Shown here piece after piece: positions 51,592 through 64,000 of a stretch of DNA of 64,000 bases (within the stretch, counting starts at the first letter, position 1; every line of letters starts with the position of its first letter). The position numbers were made by a program, and so were the translations under genes. The stretch is taken from assembly GCA_047967505.1 (NCBI GenBank), contig CM106538.1. One strand, given 5' to 3'. The notes below the pieces were generated by a model. The model had not been told where the DNA came from, made no database searches, and saw nothing but the letters and a program-made list of their open reading frames with translations. Source of the stretch: Dipteris shenzhenensis. Its lineage: Eukaryota.

Positions 51592-52924
51592 TGTGAACGC
51601 CCAAATTTTTCTCTCTATCGTGATTGAATAGAGAATTAGCGAATTCATTTAGAGTTGTATTGGGAGGTGAAATGTTCTAGCTCTACTAAGCCAAGCGGAG
51701 GATGTTTCAAACAGTAAGCATATGAGACCTCCAATGCGGGTAGCGAGGCAGAGAGTTTGCCACATGGAGTGCAGTCTCACCTGTGATATGAGAGCAGATA
51801 AGTGGATAGCCAAGAAGAGGGAGGAGCCACAGGCTCCTCCAGAAGCGCAGTGAGATGCTACAGAGCCCCCAATTAGCTGGGTATATGCCAACAAATTGTA
51901 GTAAGCCCATCAGCTTCCCCAGAGAGGCTTGTTTTTCTAGAGATCGTCGCTGAAGCTGGGTACAATCCCCGAAGGATTCAGGAATGGATCCTATCAAGAT
52001 CGGGAAGATTGGCAAGGGCTTTCGAAATTGCCCCCACTAGTGAGTTGAAGGCGAGGGATAGGTCTTGAGGCAAAGGAACCTTCGACGTCTCCTTCGACAT
52101 CATGCTCTTGGGCTCCAATCCCTTCCGTCTATCCATCTTCTACTCCAGTATCCAATCCCGCATCCGAACAGACCTGGCACGATAATACCACAATGAGCAT
52201 TGTAGGAATGATGAGGGGGCAATCCCTCTATTCCCAATGCGATCTCTCTCCTGCCAAACCTTGTTGCATGGATGACCTTAGTGCAGAGGAGGAGGTAATG
52301 CGTGATGGATTCGTCATCACAGGAGCGCATGAGGCGATCACATAATTCTCCGTGCAAATTCTCTCGACTCGACCTTGCAGGGTCCATAGCAAGAGGACGA
52401 GAGGATTGCGAAATGGCCTCTTGATCAAGAGTCCAAGCGGGAATCCTTCGGAGGTACACCCTTGTGGATCGCTGCTCTGCCTCTGCCTCCAAGCAAGCGA
52501 CGGATTCTTAAACCAACTAACAACACTAACAATAGCATGCCTCCAAGCAAGCGACCGATTCTTAAACGGACTAACAACACACAGTAGCAGGAGATTCACA
52601 GGAAATTACAGATTACTCTGCAAGAAGTTTCTTTAGCACGAATCACAAGCATTCCCCTGGAAAAGCTTACCCAGACAATTTGATTAAGAGGAGGTGAGTA
52701 TTGGCCTTAGGAGGAGATTGACAGAAAGCCCTACACGACTCTGCTCTGCATCCCTTTCCTCACCCTCACCCTCGTACTTACTAAAAATCTTTCCTACGAC
52801 CCAAATCACAATCTTGCCACCAACCACCCCATATTCAGTGTGGCGCATGCTAAGGGTCTATTTTTGCCTACAAGCAGCCTAATCCTCATTCCCTCCTGAA
52901 ATGAAATCTATGCTAGTGTTCACG
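51592..52924 (-). mobile_element. 1.3-kb insertion (LTR-like) carrying LRR receptor-like gene fragments
   Basis: Weak tgtgaac...gttcacg termini; internal 54-bp direct repeat at 52486-52580; translations QDLSLAFNSLVGAISKALANLPDL, GSIPESFGDCTQLQ and HIPS*LGAL*HLTAL. Confidence 0.45.
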
Positions 52925-53283
52925 TTGTTGACGACATCTTCCCAATCCTTCGTCCTCACATAACCGCACCCAACATAACATTTCTGAGTATAGCTATCCA
53001 ACAAAATTCGGGAAAGAACAAAAAAAGCAATGGAAAGGACAAAAAAGAGACGTACCTAGGCCTTTGGTCTTGGGATTTCTGAGACAAAGCCTTTGGTTTT
53101 GAAATTTCTAAGCATCTGGAGTTTGGAGCGACACTTTCTTGTTGCTGCACTTTCTCCCACAAATTCTTCTTACACTATTCTTCACAATGCATGAATCACA
53201 ACGAGTTGCGCTCTAGCTTAAAAGTTGGAACGTTTACATAGATTTTTCATCAAAAGCACATGTATGCTTTTTGTTTTTCATAT

Positions 53284-53570
53284 GATTTTACCCGAGAGTT
53301 TTTACGCAAAAAGCAAACGGCTCCTCATACACTCATTTAAATCAAAAAGCAAAGCTTTCCCAATCCACACCATTAGATCTTCAGAAAATCAACGTATGAA
53401 ATCGATTTTACCCAAGAGTTTTTATGCAAAAAGCAAACGGCTCCTCATACACTCATTTAAATCAAAAAGCAAAGCTGTCCCAATCCACACCATTAGATCT
53501 TGAGAAAATCAAAGTACAGCTTTCCCAATCCACACCATTAGATCTTGAGAAAATCAACGTATGAAATTGA
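53284..53570. repeat. About 120-bp tandem repeat x2 plus partial units
   Basis: gcaaaaagcaaacggctcctcatacactcatttaaatc occurs twice; cccaatccacaccattagatctt occurs three times. Confidence 0.9.
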
Positions 53571-55641
53571 GACAAGTGGCTTCGTGAGAGCTCTTGAAAG
53601 CCAAACATCCCTTTAGGCTGCCTGCCGTAAAAAGGAAACAAATCATACAAAAAAGCATAAAGAACAAAAAGTCAATAATTCAGATGAAGCACATCAAGTT
53701 ATCGCAATCAGGATACTATAACCAATTCCATACTCTAAACCAAGAGCAGGGAAATAACCAAGAGCAGGGATATAACGATCAGGACAACAAACAATTGGTA
53801 GTTGATCCTCTGAGACAGTCTACAACTCACAGCTACACCGAATATAAACAAGTGCTCCCCTACATGATAGCCTTCAAGAACCACAGCAACTAACAAGCCA
53901 ACTACATTCTGGTTTATCTTGCCTGCTATTAAAGCACCAAACAACCACACCAACCCGAAGGCATTCAACCACCAATTGTAATGCAGCAAAAATACCATCC
54001 GAACACATTCAGCCTAACCAATGCCTCGATTTCTTTCTTCCCATCCAAATAACATCTTCCCAAACAAATGGAAGCACACGGACATCCTTTTCAAAACCCA
54101 AAAAGGTTCTTACTAGCTCACCCGATGAGCAGCTGGAGGATTAAAAGAGAGAGAAACCAATCACAGAAGCAGACACCCAAGATGCTTTCATAATCAAAAC
54201 AAGATTAGTCGGGTCTTCAAACTTTCAAAATAAAACATGCTACAGAGAAATTTTGCTTCCCGATTTTAAATACTCATATCAGAGATATTCCAATAATGGT
54301 AACTCAATTGTTTTAAGTAACATGCAGAGAAAAGGTACTATGCTCCTCGCCCTACAAATTAGGTTGAGAACAAATTTCCACTGATACCTTTGACATGTTA
54401 CCCAGATATAGATTTGGTAACTGCTGGTCAGCATTTTGTAGCTGCTCCAAAATAAAGTTTCTGCCCAACAACTCATACAAGAGTAGAATGAATTTACTTT
54501 CCCAAATTCACTTCAGTGAGGTGCCGAGATCATACAGAGATGCCAAGAGGATATGTATCTGAACCTGCTAACAATCAATATAAGGGAAACTGCATTATGC
54601 AAGGTAAAGGTCTTCATGGATTATACACTGACATCAGAGAAGAATTTAACAGTTGAAACGTATTCTAACAAGATATCAGGTCTGACACTGATTAGGGACC
54701 CACTTTTGCTTTAGACAAGGCCTGTACATACATAATTAAGGGGACCAAAGCTTCCTCAGAACAATCAATTCTTGACCTGTTTTTGATTGAAATACAGAAA
54801 TGGGGACACATTCTTTCCAGAAACAAAAAATGGTAGTGCGAGGGGTGTAGAAGCTTGGAGGGATCGAAAGAGAGGAGGAAAGGGGAATTTGCGGGGGGAA
54901 GGGGGAGGGGGGGGGGGATACACAACCTGCAGCACTTTCTTCACATGGGATGCCTTAATTCATCCTCAAATTTTAAAATAGATGCTCAGAACTCAAATTG
55001 TATGCCCAGAAGAACGAAAGACTACTTGCACAAACATGCCAAAAATTTTGCATGAGTATCCTTTTCTATTCTTCTCAAACAGCCTTTTCTCTGGATAAGT
55101 TATACCTTCTTTATCTAACACGCAAGACTAGTCAAAGGGAAAAATTCGCAAGACATTTGATTCTGAGTAAGTCTCATAAAAACATTAAGATACCCAAAGA
55201 AAGAGAGAGCTAAAGACAACCACCTCCATGCACATTGTTCACATACAAAAGTAAGAAAAATAGATTACGTTCTAGAGCAGCAGAATCCGATAAATATAAG
55301 ACCAAGAAAATCCAATGGTGGAAATCCTCCACGCATTGAACTTGCCCTTGTGAAGAGTCAGATTACATCCAAAGCACAGTGGGTCCATTTGCACAAATAT
55401 CAGAAAGGATCCCCATGCGAAATTTGAAAACTTCCAATGGAGCTGAAACATTGTGTCAGAGCATACCTCAGGAAAACAAAGCCAATTTAAGACTAGGAGG
55501 GATAGGAAACATGTAAGAAAGCCTAAGCCTTGATTAGGGGATTCTTGCCACCCGCATGTCTAAAGAGGCTATGGCCAATTCAACTCTTCAATATCAAGTT
55601 AACATAGCTTTTGGACGACTGGCTAACTTTTAAAACAAATA

Positions 55642-57436
55642 TCATCTACCATACGGATGGTAACGCGCATTGCTCCCACCACCATAACCACGACTGCTAC
55701 CACCATAGCCCCCGCTGTAGTTATAGCCATAGCCAGATCCAGAGCCGTAGCTAGGGTAGTTGTAGCCCAATCCCCCATAACCATCATCAATATCACCATA
55801 GCCATAGGGGCCTCCATACCCACCACCATACCCATAAGTACCACCATAAGCATAACCACCTGGCCTTCCTCCACCCCTGCTATAATAACCACCTCCGCCC
55901 CCATAATAAGCATCACCACTGTTATAGGCTCCGTAGCCTCCCACATTGGCACCATACCCACCACCCCCTCTGCCTGCAGTATAGGCACCACCACCACCAC
56001 CACCGTATGCAGCTGGAGGTTCTGGATTCTGTCGCTTAGGTTCTGCTTTCTTGATCTCCACCTGAAAAGAGGAAAATTTCAAAAGTTGGTAATTTCCTAA
56101 CCCAAGAGGCAAAGCACAACCAAGGTTGCGGCATCTAAGTTGGAAATACAAGGTTTTACCTGCTTTCCACCAAGCTCCTGCATAGTGCCTTGTGCCAGAA
56201 TATCTTCTACCACTTGCTCGCTGTCAAATGTCACAAAACCAAAACCCCGAGAACGGCCGGTGCTGTGATCTTGCATAATTTGGTACTCAACGATCTTTCC
56301 AAACTTGGAAAAATGGCTTTTTAGCTCCTCTGCACAGTGCGGTAATGGATGAGTCGATAAAAGGACCGAGTGAGAATTCAGTGACGCGTAACGAAATGAA
56401 CTCATGTTACCTTCTGTGGTGGAGGTCGTGAGGCCTCCAACGAAAATCTTCTTCGTCTTTGGTCCTTTAACTGCAGCCATCTTTTCACGCGGCACAGTCC
56501 GCTTACACTCGACCTAAAAAATCCAGTACAAGATCGGTCAAAATAGAATCCTCCCAGAAACCCTAAATGCGAGAGCGCCAAAGGAGTTCACAAAAGGCGT
56601 GTACCGTTCTGCCGTCGATGACGTGGTTGTCTTTTAAGACCTTGTCACAAACAGATGGCTCTGCGAACGTGACAAACCCAAAGCCCCTAGGATGGCCCGT
56701 AGTCTTATTTTTCATGATGACAGAGTCCGTGATCTCTCCATATTTTTTGAAATGATTTAGTAGCATATCTGCACAAAGCAAGACAGAAAGCTCAGGACAC
56801 TTGAAATTGAAAACCAAAAGCAAGTAAACAAGAACGAAGAAAGAGCAGTCGATGAAAGAAAGCTAAATACCGGTTGTGGTTTCCCATGTCAGGCCGCCGA
56901 TGAAAATCTTACCCCTGCAACAGGAAAGAAGGAAACAGGTTCAATTCCAGCTTGGATAATTCCAACAGAAAGACACCACACAAACACAGCCTGCACCCGA
57001 GCACTAACCCTGCAGGGCTCGCGCTTTTATCCGCAGCAGCGTCCGCGGAGTCCTTAGCTGCATTGTCTTCCTGATTAGCACCTGCATCCGAGAGAGCAGC
57101 TGCCTCTGTATCGCCGTTCTGCACAGCATCTGGTCCTGTCTTTTGCCCCTCCTCGGCGGCCTCTGTGAACGCCTCATCCCCGTCTGCAGCCTCTTCTTCC
57201 TCCTCGTCCTCCTCTTCTTCTTCCTCGACCTCCTCCGCGTCGGGGTCGGCCTCTTCGTCAACTTCCTCGTCGGCGTCCTCCTCTTCGTCCTCGGCCTCGT
57301 CCTCCGGAGCTCCAGCGTCGTGCTGCACAACGACGAGGTCCTCTTTCTCGTCCTCGACTTCGATCATGACGATTTCAGGGGGGGGAGGCTGCTCTTTCTT
57401 GGAGGAGGCGGCCTTCTTACCCTTAGCGGGAGGCAT
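55642..57436 (-). CDS. Two-RRM Gly/Tyr-rich RNA-binding protein (hnRNP A/B / Musashi-HRP1-like); exons 57436-57009, 56914-56871, 56768-56605, 56513-56411, 56329-56160, 56061-55642
   Basis: GT-AG introns join RNP2 KIFIGGL / KIFVGGL and RNP1 RGFGFVTF (twice) in frame; RGG/YGG tail ending RYHPYGR; acidic N-terminus. Confidence 0.95.
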
Positions 57437-58954
57437 GGCTGGAGGCAAAACAAAAAACAGAGATGGTGAAATTGAGAGAATAAAACTGTGCAAACAGCTT
57501 AAGCTCTCAAAAACGGCGGCCCTTCCTAGTTTTCAATCAAGAAAGGGTTAAGTTTGAACCGCCTAACAAACCCCAATCCCCCCCCCCCTCTCTATTCACA
57601 TTCCCTTTGGGTCCAGCTTCCTCCTGGCTTCAATGTTTTTTACTCTCAGGCTCGATTCCCATTCGCCGTTCCACCCGTTCCTTGGCCACCACTTTTCGTG
57701 GTTCCTTCGCGTGGCGGATCCTGTCTGCTTTATACACCGCCAAAGAGTGCCCACGTACAACCTTACATGTGGGTGAGTGCCCCACGTACAGCCCTACATG
57801 CGGGTGCCACTAGCTGCCCATCATGGGCTTTAAAAACTAGATTTGCGAAAGGCAGTCTTTCCATCATGGAGCAACTAACTACTAACTCGAAATTGACGCT
57901 GAATGCTTCTATTTTATCAATTGTTTAAGGAAAAAAGAGAATGAGTAAAAAAGTAGACATGAGACGTGACACAGGGTCCGTTAGGACCTGATCCTCCCTG
58001 CAAATGTCAGGGGTGGTGATTTATTATTGAATTTGTGATGTCCGTATTTTGGAAGCTAAAGTCCAACAAATACATGAATAAGGTGATACAATAACTGATC
58101 CTCGTTGCAATTTTTACAATATTGTCACATGGACTACAACCATATGAATAAAGGTGTAGTCATCCTTCAATCTTGCATCCATCTTGGATTTCCTTGCTCC
58201 CTCGCATCAATAACATGCATTAAACGAGAGGAATGTTGTAAGAATTCAGATTAAAAACATGAAATTTTGAATGGACCAGTAATTAAAAATACTTATATTA
58301 TAATATATAGTATATAATTATTATAACCACACATAGTGTGGGCGGGGAGGTGGTGCGCTTCCTTCCCCAAGGAGTTATAATCCGAGGGAGCGGGCCCTTC
58401 CCTGGGTGCCAAGATAACGTCGAGAATATAACCGTCGAGAGTATTAGCACCGAGGATAAGTCTCGCGAATGGATAAGAAACTGGCATATTACCTGAATGT
58501 CAATAGTCATAATCGTAGTCGAACGCTGAGAGGATATATCCGAAAAACTTGCCAATGTGACCTTGAGAGGATGTACGTGTGTCCTTGAGCAGGATGATTC
58601 CAACATTCTCAGATCGTTCAATAGACTCTGGACAGCACAAAAAGACAACTATCATTAGAGGAAGTTTGATGAAGAGCACATAACATTCTCACTCTCCACT
58701 TCGTCAATGTTACGTGCCTCTTGAACCAACCTCATGAAATTGGGAGTTTGATCATTGTAGTAAGTCGAGCTTTTACACTTGTGAGAGGAGAGCATAAGGA
58801 CATCGCGAGGCTCTCCAAAGCTTCACATGCCAATAAGCCCAAACTTGCAAATCAAGTAGACCGTCTCTTCAAATCGAATAGGTTTGAAACATTTACATAG
58901 TCTTTTTATTGTGAAAAGCACCTACATGCTGCTTTAGTCAAAAGCTTAGCTTTT

Positions 58955-59460
58955 ACATCAAACTAAATCAAGGGCATAAGATGAAACCAGATCAACAAAC
59001 TAAATCAAGGGCATAAGATGAAACCAGATCAAGGGCTTAGATCCATGACACATGGCTCAAGGGGGTGTGAGAAAACCCAAACATCTCCCTAGGCTGCATG
59101 CCGTAAAAATTGGGTGCCCACCCATGACACCCCCCTTTGCACACCACCCAACGATGGTTTTGTAATTTGCAGGACCCTAAACACATATGTGCTTCGTAGA
59201 TATGTGTTTAGCTTATCAAACTAAATCAAGGGCATAAGATGAAACGAGATCAACAAACTAAATCAAGGGCATAAGATGAAACTAGATCAAGGGCTTAGAT
59301 CCATGACACATGGCTCAAGGGGGTGTGAGAAAACCCAAACATCTTCCTAGGCTGCCTTCCATAAAAATTGGGTGCCCACCCACGACACCCCCCTTTACAC
59401 ACCACCCAACGATGGTTTTGTAATTTGCGGGACCGTGAACACATATGTGCTTGGCAGATT
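58955..59460. repeat. About 260-bp tandem duplication with nested 37-bp repeats
   Basis: caaactaaatcaagggcataagatgaaac occurs four times; gggcttagatccatgacacatggctcaaggggg occurs twice. Confidence 0.9.
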
Positions 59461-60322
59461 TGAAGGGTACCCATCATTGGGCAACCAACCTTTGTTACCC
59501 ACGGAAGGGCTTGGGCATGGAGTCCACATAGTACTAGAAGGTTTGGTCATGAGCAATGTGCATGTAACGAATGCCCACCCATCGTTAAAAAGCTCGCCTC
59601 CTATTGGTTCAATTGACCACCCAGCATGGGCGCCTCTCAATGTGTGAACAACCTCACACTCCCAACGGACAAAAGTGATTAGAGCCTACTGGCAAACAAT
59701 GTGTGCACAACTAATCTATTTTTCTTGAGCGACTTGGACTGTCAAACAATAAAAATTAGAAGATGGGCACCTACAAGTTGCCACCTAAGCCAGACATCCG
59801 CTTGTGTATGGAAGGCAAAGAAGCCACCCACCAATCCAAGCTGGCAGATAGCTATTGGACCAACAAACAAATTTGTGAAAATAGGAAGATGTTTGTGAAT
59901 CCTATTTGAGTCAAAATCTATCTCCTCAACCCACAAGCAACACCTTTATGGAAGGGAAGGCATCTTTATGTGAGATAAGGGATGGTAGGGGTGGCATGGT
60001 CATATCCTTATTTGAGTCGAAATCTATCACCATTGTGTACTATATGGGGGGGATAGCATCATGTCATAAGGGGGGTGGGTAGGGGCAACATGGTCATCAG
60101 CCTTGGCCTTGTGGACAATGATGGGGTTATGAACCTACTCTCACCCCATCAATGTGTGGTAAGCCTAATATACAGTGTCCCAAGATGTAAATCTTCCTAA
60201 GGGCTTTTGTTTTTAACATAACAAGCCACCTATTTAACACTCATCACCTTGCCCTAAAGCTATTTGAGCTCACCTAGAGCTAAAGGGCATGCACAAAGCC
60301 TATGTTATAGCCTAGCTCACTA

Positions 60323-60325
<3 letters not shown>

Positions 60326-60392
<67 letters not shown>
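60326..60392. repeat. (CT)n microsatellite
   Basis: Long perfect tc run. Confidence 0.97.
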
Positions 60393-60394
<2 letters not shown>

Positions 60395-61529
60395 CCCTTG
60401 TATTAGATAAACATGGTAGATCTCTACAAAGAGCATATGGAAATGTGTGGGAGCACCGAGCTAGTTATTGCTAATGACATGCATTAGTGCGAGGCAAAAG
60501 GACAACATACATGCCATGCAAACAATGGCCAAATGTGGGTGGACTATCTACTCATCTCACATACAAGTTGGAAATCTTCAAGTCTCCACTGTACAGTGTC
60601 AAACGATATTTTGATGGTATGGGGACCCCAATTCAGCAAGATGCCATCTAATTAGGAGGAAAATATAGGTGTCATATATTATATTTGATCTATTCAAAGG
60701 ATGCATCTTATGCCCAACTCGTAGACCAATTGAGCTCCTCTCCAAGAAAGGTGGCAGACTTTTATAGACACTTTGAGAAAGTGTACCAAATAATGCTTCA
60801 CCACCACAAGGCAAGGCATAAAATCATGGGGTGAGGCTTTCCTATGTAACAAATAACTTAACGAGGAGTGGAAGGAAGAAGGTTCAAGAAGGCAAAAGGT
60901 CAAGGATGCAATAGCAGACCTAGGTGAAGTTTAGTTGGCAAAGCAAAGTATGCACTGGAGGAAAAGAACGCAACTACGAGGTGACATCAAGAGTGAAATA
61001 GACCATTCACCTTTCTAGTGCTAGGGGGGTTCTAGAAATCGAATAAGAGGCAGTCCCATGGAGATATAAGAGATATTAGCTTGGGTCAAATGTGTGCACA
61101 TACAAGGGCACTTTATGAGATATTAGCATGGGTCAATACAAGGGTAAACAATGAGGTCAAATGTGTGCACATGCAAATGCAACTGTCACTCCCCCAATTG
61201 GTTCCTAAATTTAAAGACTGCAACGCCCTTCAAAGTGGTTTTGCCCTTCCTGAGAAAGGCAAGAGAGAAATGAACAATAAAAAAGAAGTGCTACATCGGG
61301 AAAAAAATATTGCAATGCCCTTCAAAAATGATCCAAAACATCCTAAGTAGAAGGATGCCTTCTAAATTACCCTTCAAAATGAAATTCTAGGCTAACCCTT
61401 CAAATTTCAGGCATGCTGCCAACTGCTCCTATAGCCTTCTGATCTCAAGGTCCTATAGCCAGTTGCCCCCTGGTTAGCCACCATCTCTGTTGTGCCTATA
61501 GCCACCATGACTTTGCTCACTGCCCTTTG

Positions 61530-61960
61530 TCGACTACAGAGGCACCAACAGATGTATCAGACGTGGTGCTGAATACAAGCTTAGCAAAGGTGGCTTGAAG
61601 CATGAAATCCAGAGAGCATGTCACAGGTGAAGACTTCGATAAGTTACACGATAGCTAGAGGACTAATCAATTATTAGCCGATTCTTTAGATTCGACAATG
61701 ACCTCATTCTGACATTAGATTAAGAGAATCCTAAAGAAAATTAAAGTGTGGTGCCTACGTTCTACAAACAGATCTACTACGACATCTAACTTCTTTGTTG
61801 AACATGTCCCTGTAGACAAGTTTTGGGGGGAAATTCAATTAATTAGCTTGCCCGCCCCTTTACACATTAAGCTAAGTTATGAGAATGCCATTCAAACGAT
61901 GGGCTTCGGTAAAAAATTGTATAATACATCACCCTTAATGTCAGAATACTTTATCTAAGT
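61530..61960 (+). mobile_element. Possible RTE-clade LINE RT remnant
   Basis: HVPVDKFWGEIQLISLPAPLHIKLSYEN resembles the post-KAFD segment (D.VPR.KLW..L) of RTE reverse transcriptases; very degenerate. Confidence 0.4.
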
Positions 61961-63676
61961 AGATTCTCCAGCACACGTTATCACATTTGAGGGGAAAGCC
62001 AAAAAGCAAAAGCAAACTACAAAGGAATGCATGAACTTTACAATCCGAATGATCACAAGTCCAAGTAACTCGTGAAAGAAACAATAGCTATCATACATGG
62101 CTTTAGAACCTGGAAAAGGAAACTTCCTTTTTCAATCTCTTTTTGGTGCACCTTGCATCCGATCCAACTCCCCTCAAGGAAACGCCTGCAAATTCCCTCC
62201 TGAACACTTCTCCCTATTTCTTTTTGCAAAAAAATACTTCTCCCTAGTTTGAAGTATCCATCATGAGGAAAACTATTTTGCCTTAAGGGAGCTTGGTCTC
62301 CTCCATGGTGGCACTTGCAAACCTTTAACATCCAAAGATTTCTAACATTACTACATGATCACTTTGTTGTAGTAGGCACACAATGGAGGTCAAACCCACA
62401 AGGGCTGAAAAAGAGGGGGGGAAAAGGGGGGGGGGGGAGGTGTGGCGGCTTTTGGGGTCACTCTTCATAGACCCAAATATCATATGCAAGCAAGAATGTA
62501 TTAAAAATGCCCCTATTGTTGAATTTTTACATTTTCTAAAGCCCATACAGCACGTGCAAGCAAACATGTATTAAAAGTACCCCTATTCTTGCAATTTCCC
62601 CATGTAATTGATTAACCCTTGCTTGCATGTACACATTTTTCAATAGAGACACCTCCATAAATCTTATGTATGTAATGGCATGTAAGTATAAGAAAAATAC
62701 ACCTCCGTGCACTAATGTACTATGTTACATGTTTATGAGTGACCCACTCGAGGTCAAAATCAACAATGGGCTAAAGAGAATAAAAAAGAGCTAAGATCCA
62801 AGGTGGTTTCCACAAGGCCCACACTATCACAAACAACTTGTATGGAAGAGAGCCAACTAAGGATCTCTCTCTCTCTCTCAAGTGAACTATGATAGGCAAC
62901 ACATTGTAAATAGAAAATTGACAAGATTAGCTATACCACAAATTCGAAACATAGAAACCATGTACCAACGAATCAAGGAGACTAGGGAAAAACAGGAAAG
63001 AGAGTGACGCAGCATGGGGTCCAATCTACCCCCTCTAAATGGTGGCTCTTGCTTCCCATCTAGAGTATTTATAATTTTGTAATCCAAAAAGAAAAGAGCC
63101 AAAAACCGTACATCTACAAATATCCCTTGTCCACAATTGGAGGATTTCTCAACATAGCTCCACAAGCTCAAAATATCCAAGCTTAATATGCCCTCATCCA
63201 CAATTGATGAATTGAACTATTCATTTTTGCAACATTGGCACATGGACTTTGTCAACCATTCAGCACTTCAATCAATCCAAATCATCTTCACCATCTCCAT
63301 TCCTCGTTAGCCAACTTCATATGTACTCAAGTCACCAATTGCTTTGGTTACAACAACCAATTAAGCAATCATCACACCACCTAATCCCAACACAATTACG
63401 TTTGATATACAAACATCAAAATGCATAGCGATCCAGTTGCAACAACACCAGTAACACTAGCGACCTTAGTATTAACATGGAATCACCCATAATACAAACC
63501 ATCTAGCTTGGCAAAACAGATGTCCAGTTAGGCATTCCTCACTAAATTGCACAAAGCTTCCACTAGGATCCCCGCCACATCTGGTGGGCTCCTCTTGAAT
63601 ACTTTGCCAAAGTCAACATGACTATAATATCAAATGATATCCCTATCAAGTGATGCAAGAAATATAATGTCCATAG

Positions 63677-63702
63677 CGCGCACGCACACACACACACACA
63701 CA
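63677..63702. repeat. (CG)(CA)n microsatellite
   Basis: gcgcgcacgcacacacac... Confidence 0.85.
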
Positions 63703-64000
63703 GAGGAGGAAGGAGTCGCTAGCCATTACTAGTTAGCTATTATAAGATGTGCACATTTACTAGTATTTAGAATAAACATCACACAAAATAAAATGAACTC
63801 TAGCAGTGGGTTGCCGTAAGTCCATAATTACTATTCATACATGACCTAGTCCCTTAGGGCTCCCTATAAGTCCTAACTACTACCCCATGTATACAACATA
63901 TGCACACACATATTTATATCGTGTAGAGCATAACAATGACAATTTGAAATTTTCAAACATCTCGGAAGGTAGGGCTTTCTTGCAATGTCCATAGCCTGAT

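Noticed and set aside
60400-63650. Assorted short ORFs near the right end
   Set aside because: No recognisable domain apart from the weak RTE-like piece; probably old TE debris.

Overview
Repeat-rich land-plant nuclear DNA, probably a fern (inferred from the style of the PPR protein and its WW-like PG box). There are two clear host genes: an intronless PLS-class PPR gene (29542-32610, +) followed by a decayed DYW deaminase domain, and a 6-exon two-RRM, Gly-rich hnRNP A/B-like gene (57436-55642, -). The left third holds two Ty1/copia elements of one family. The older copy (275-11043, -) has folded back on itself into a multi-kb inverted duplication centred on a 4-nt loop at 6411-6414. The second copy (12639-20366, -) is structurally complete, with identical 257-bp LTRs and an AAGGC target-site duplication, but its gag-pol is disabled, and its long leader carries an ABRE/G-box array and an antisense ORF remnant. 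The rest is nested TE debris: a MULE/SWIM transposase pseudogene, two inverted gypsy RT-RNaseH fragments flanking the PPR gene, LINE remnants, a 5.8-kb element with perfect 34-bp TIRs and internal hairpins, a decayed cassette with an FCP1/NIF-like phosphatase and a possible DNA amino-methyltransferase-like domain, and captured LRR fragments. All family assignments were made by eye, without database searches.
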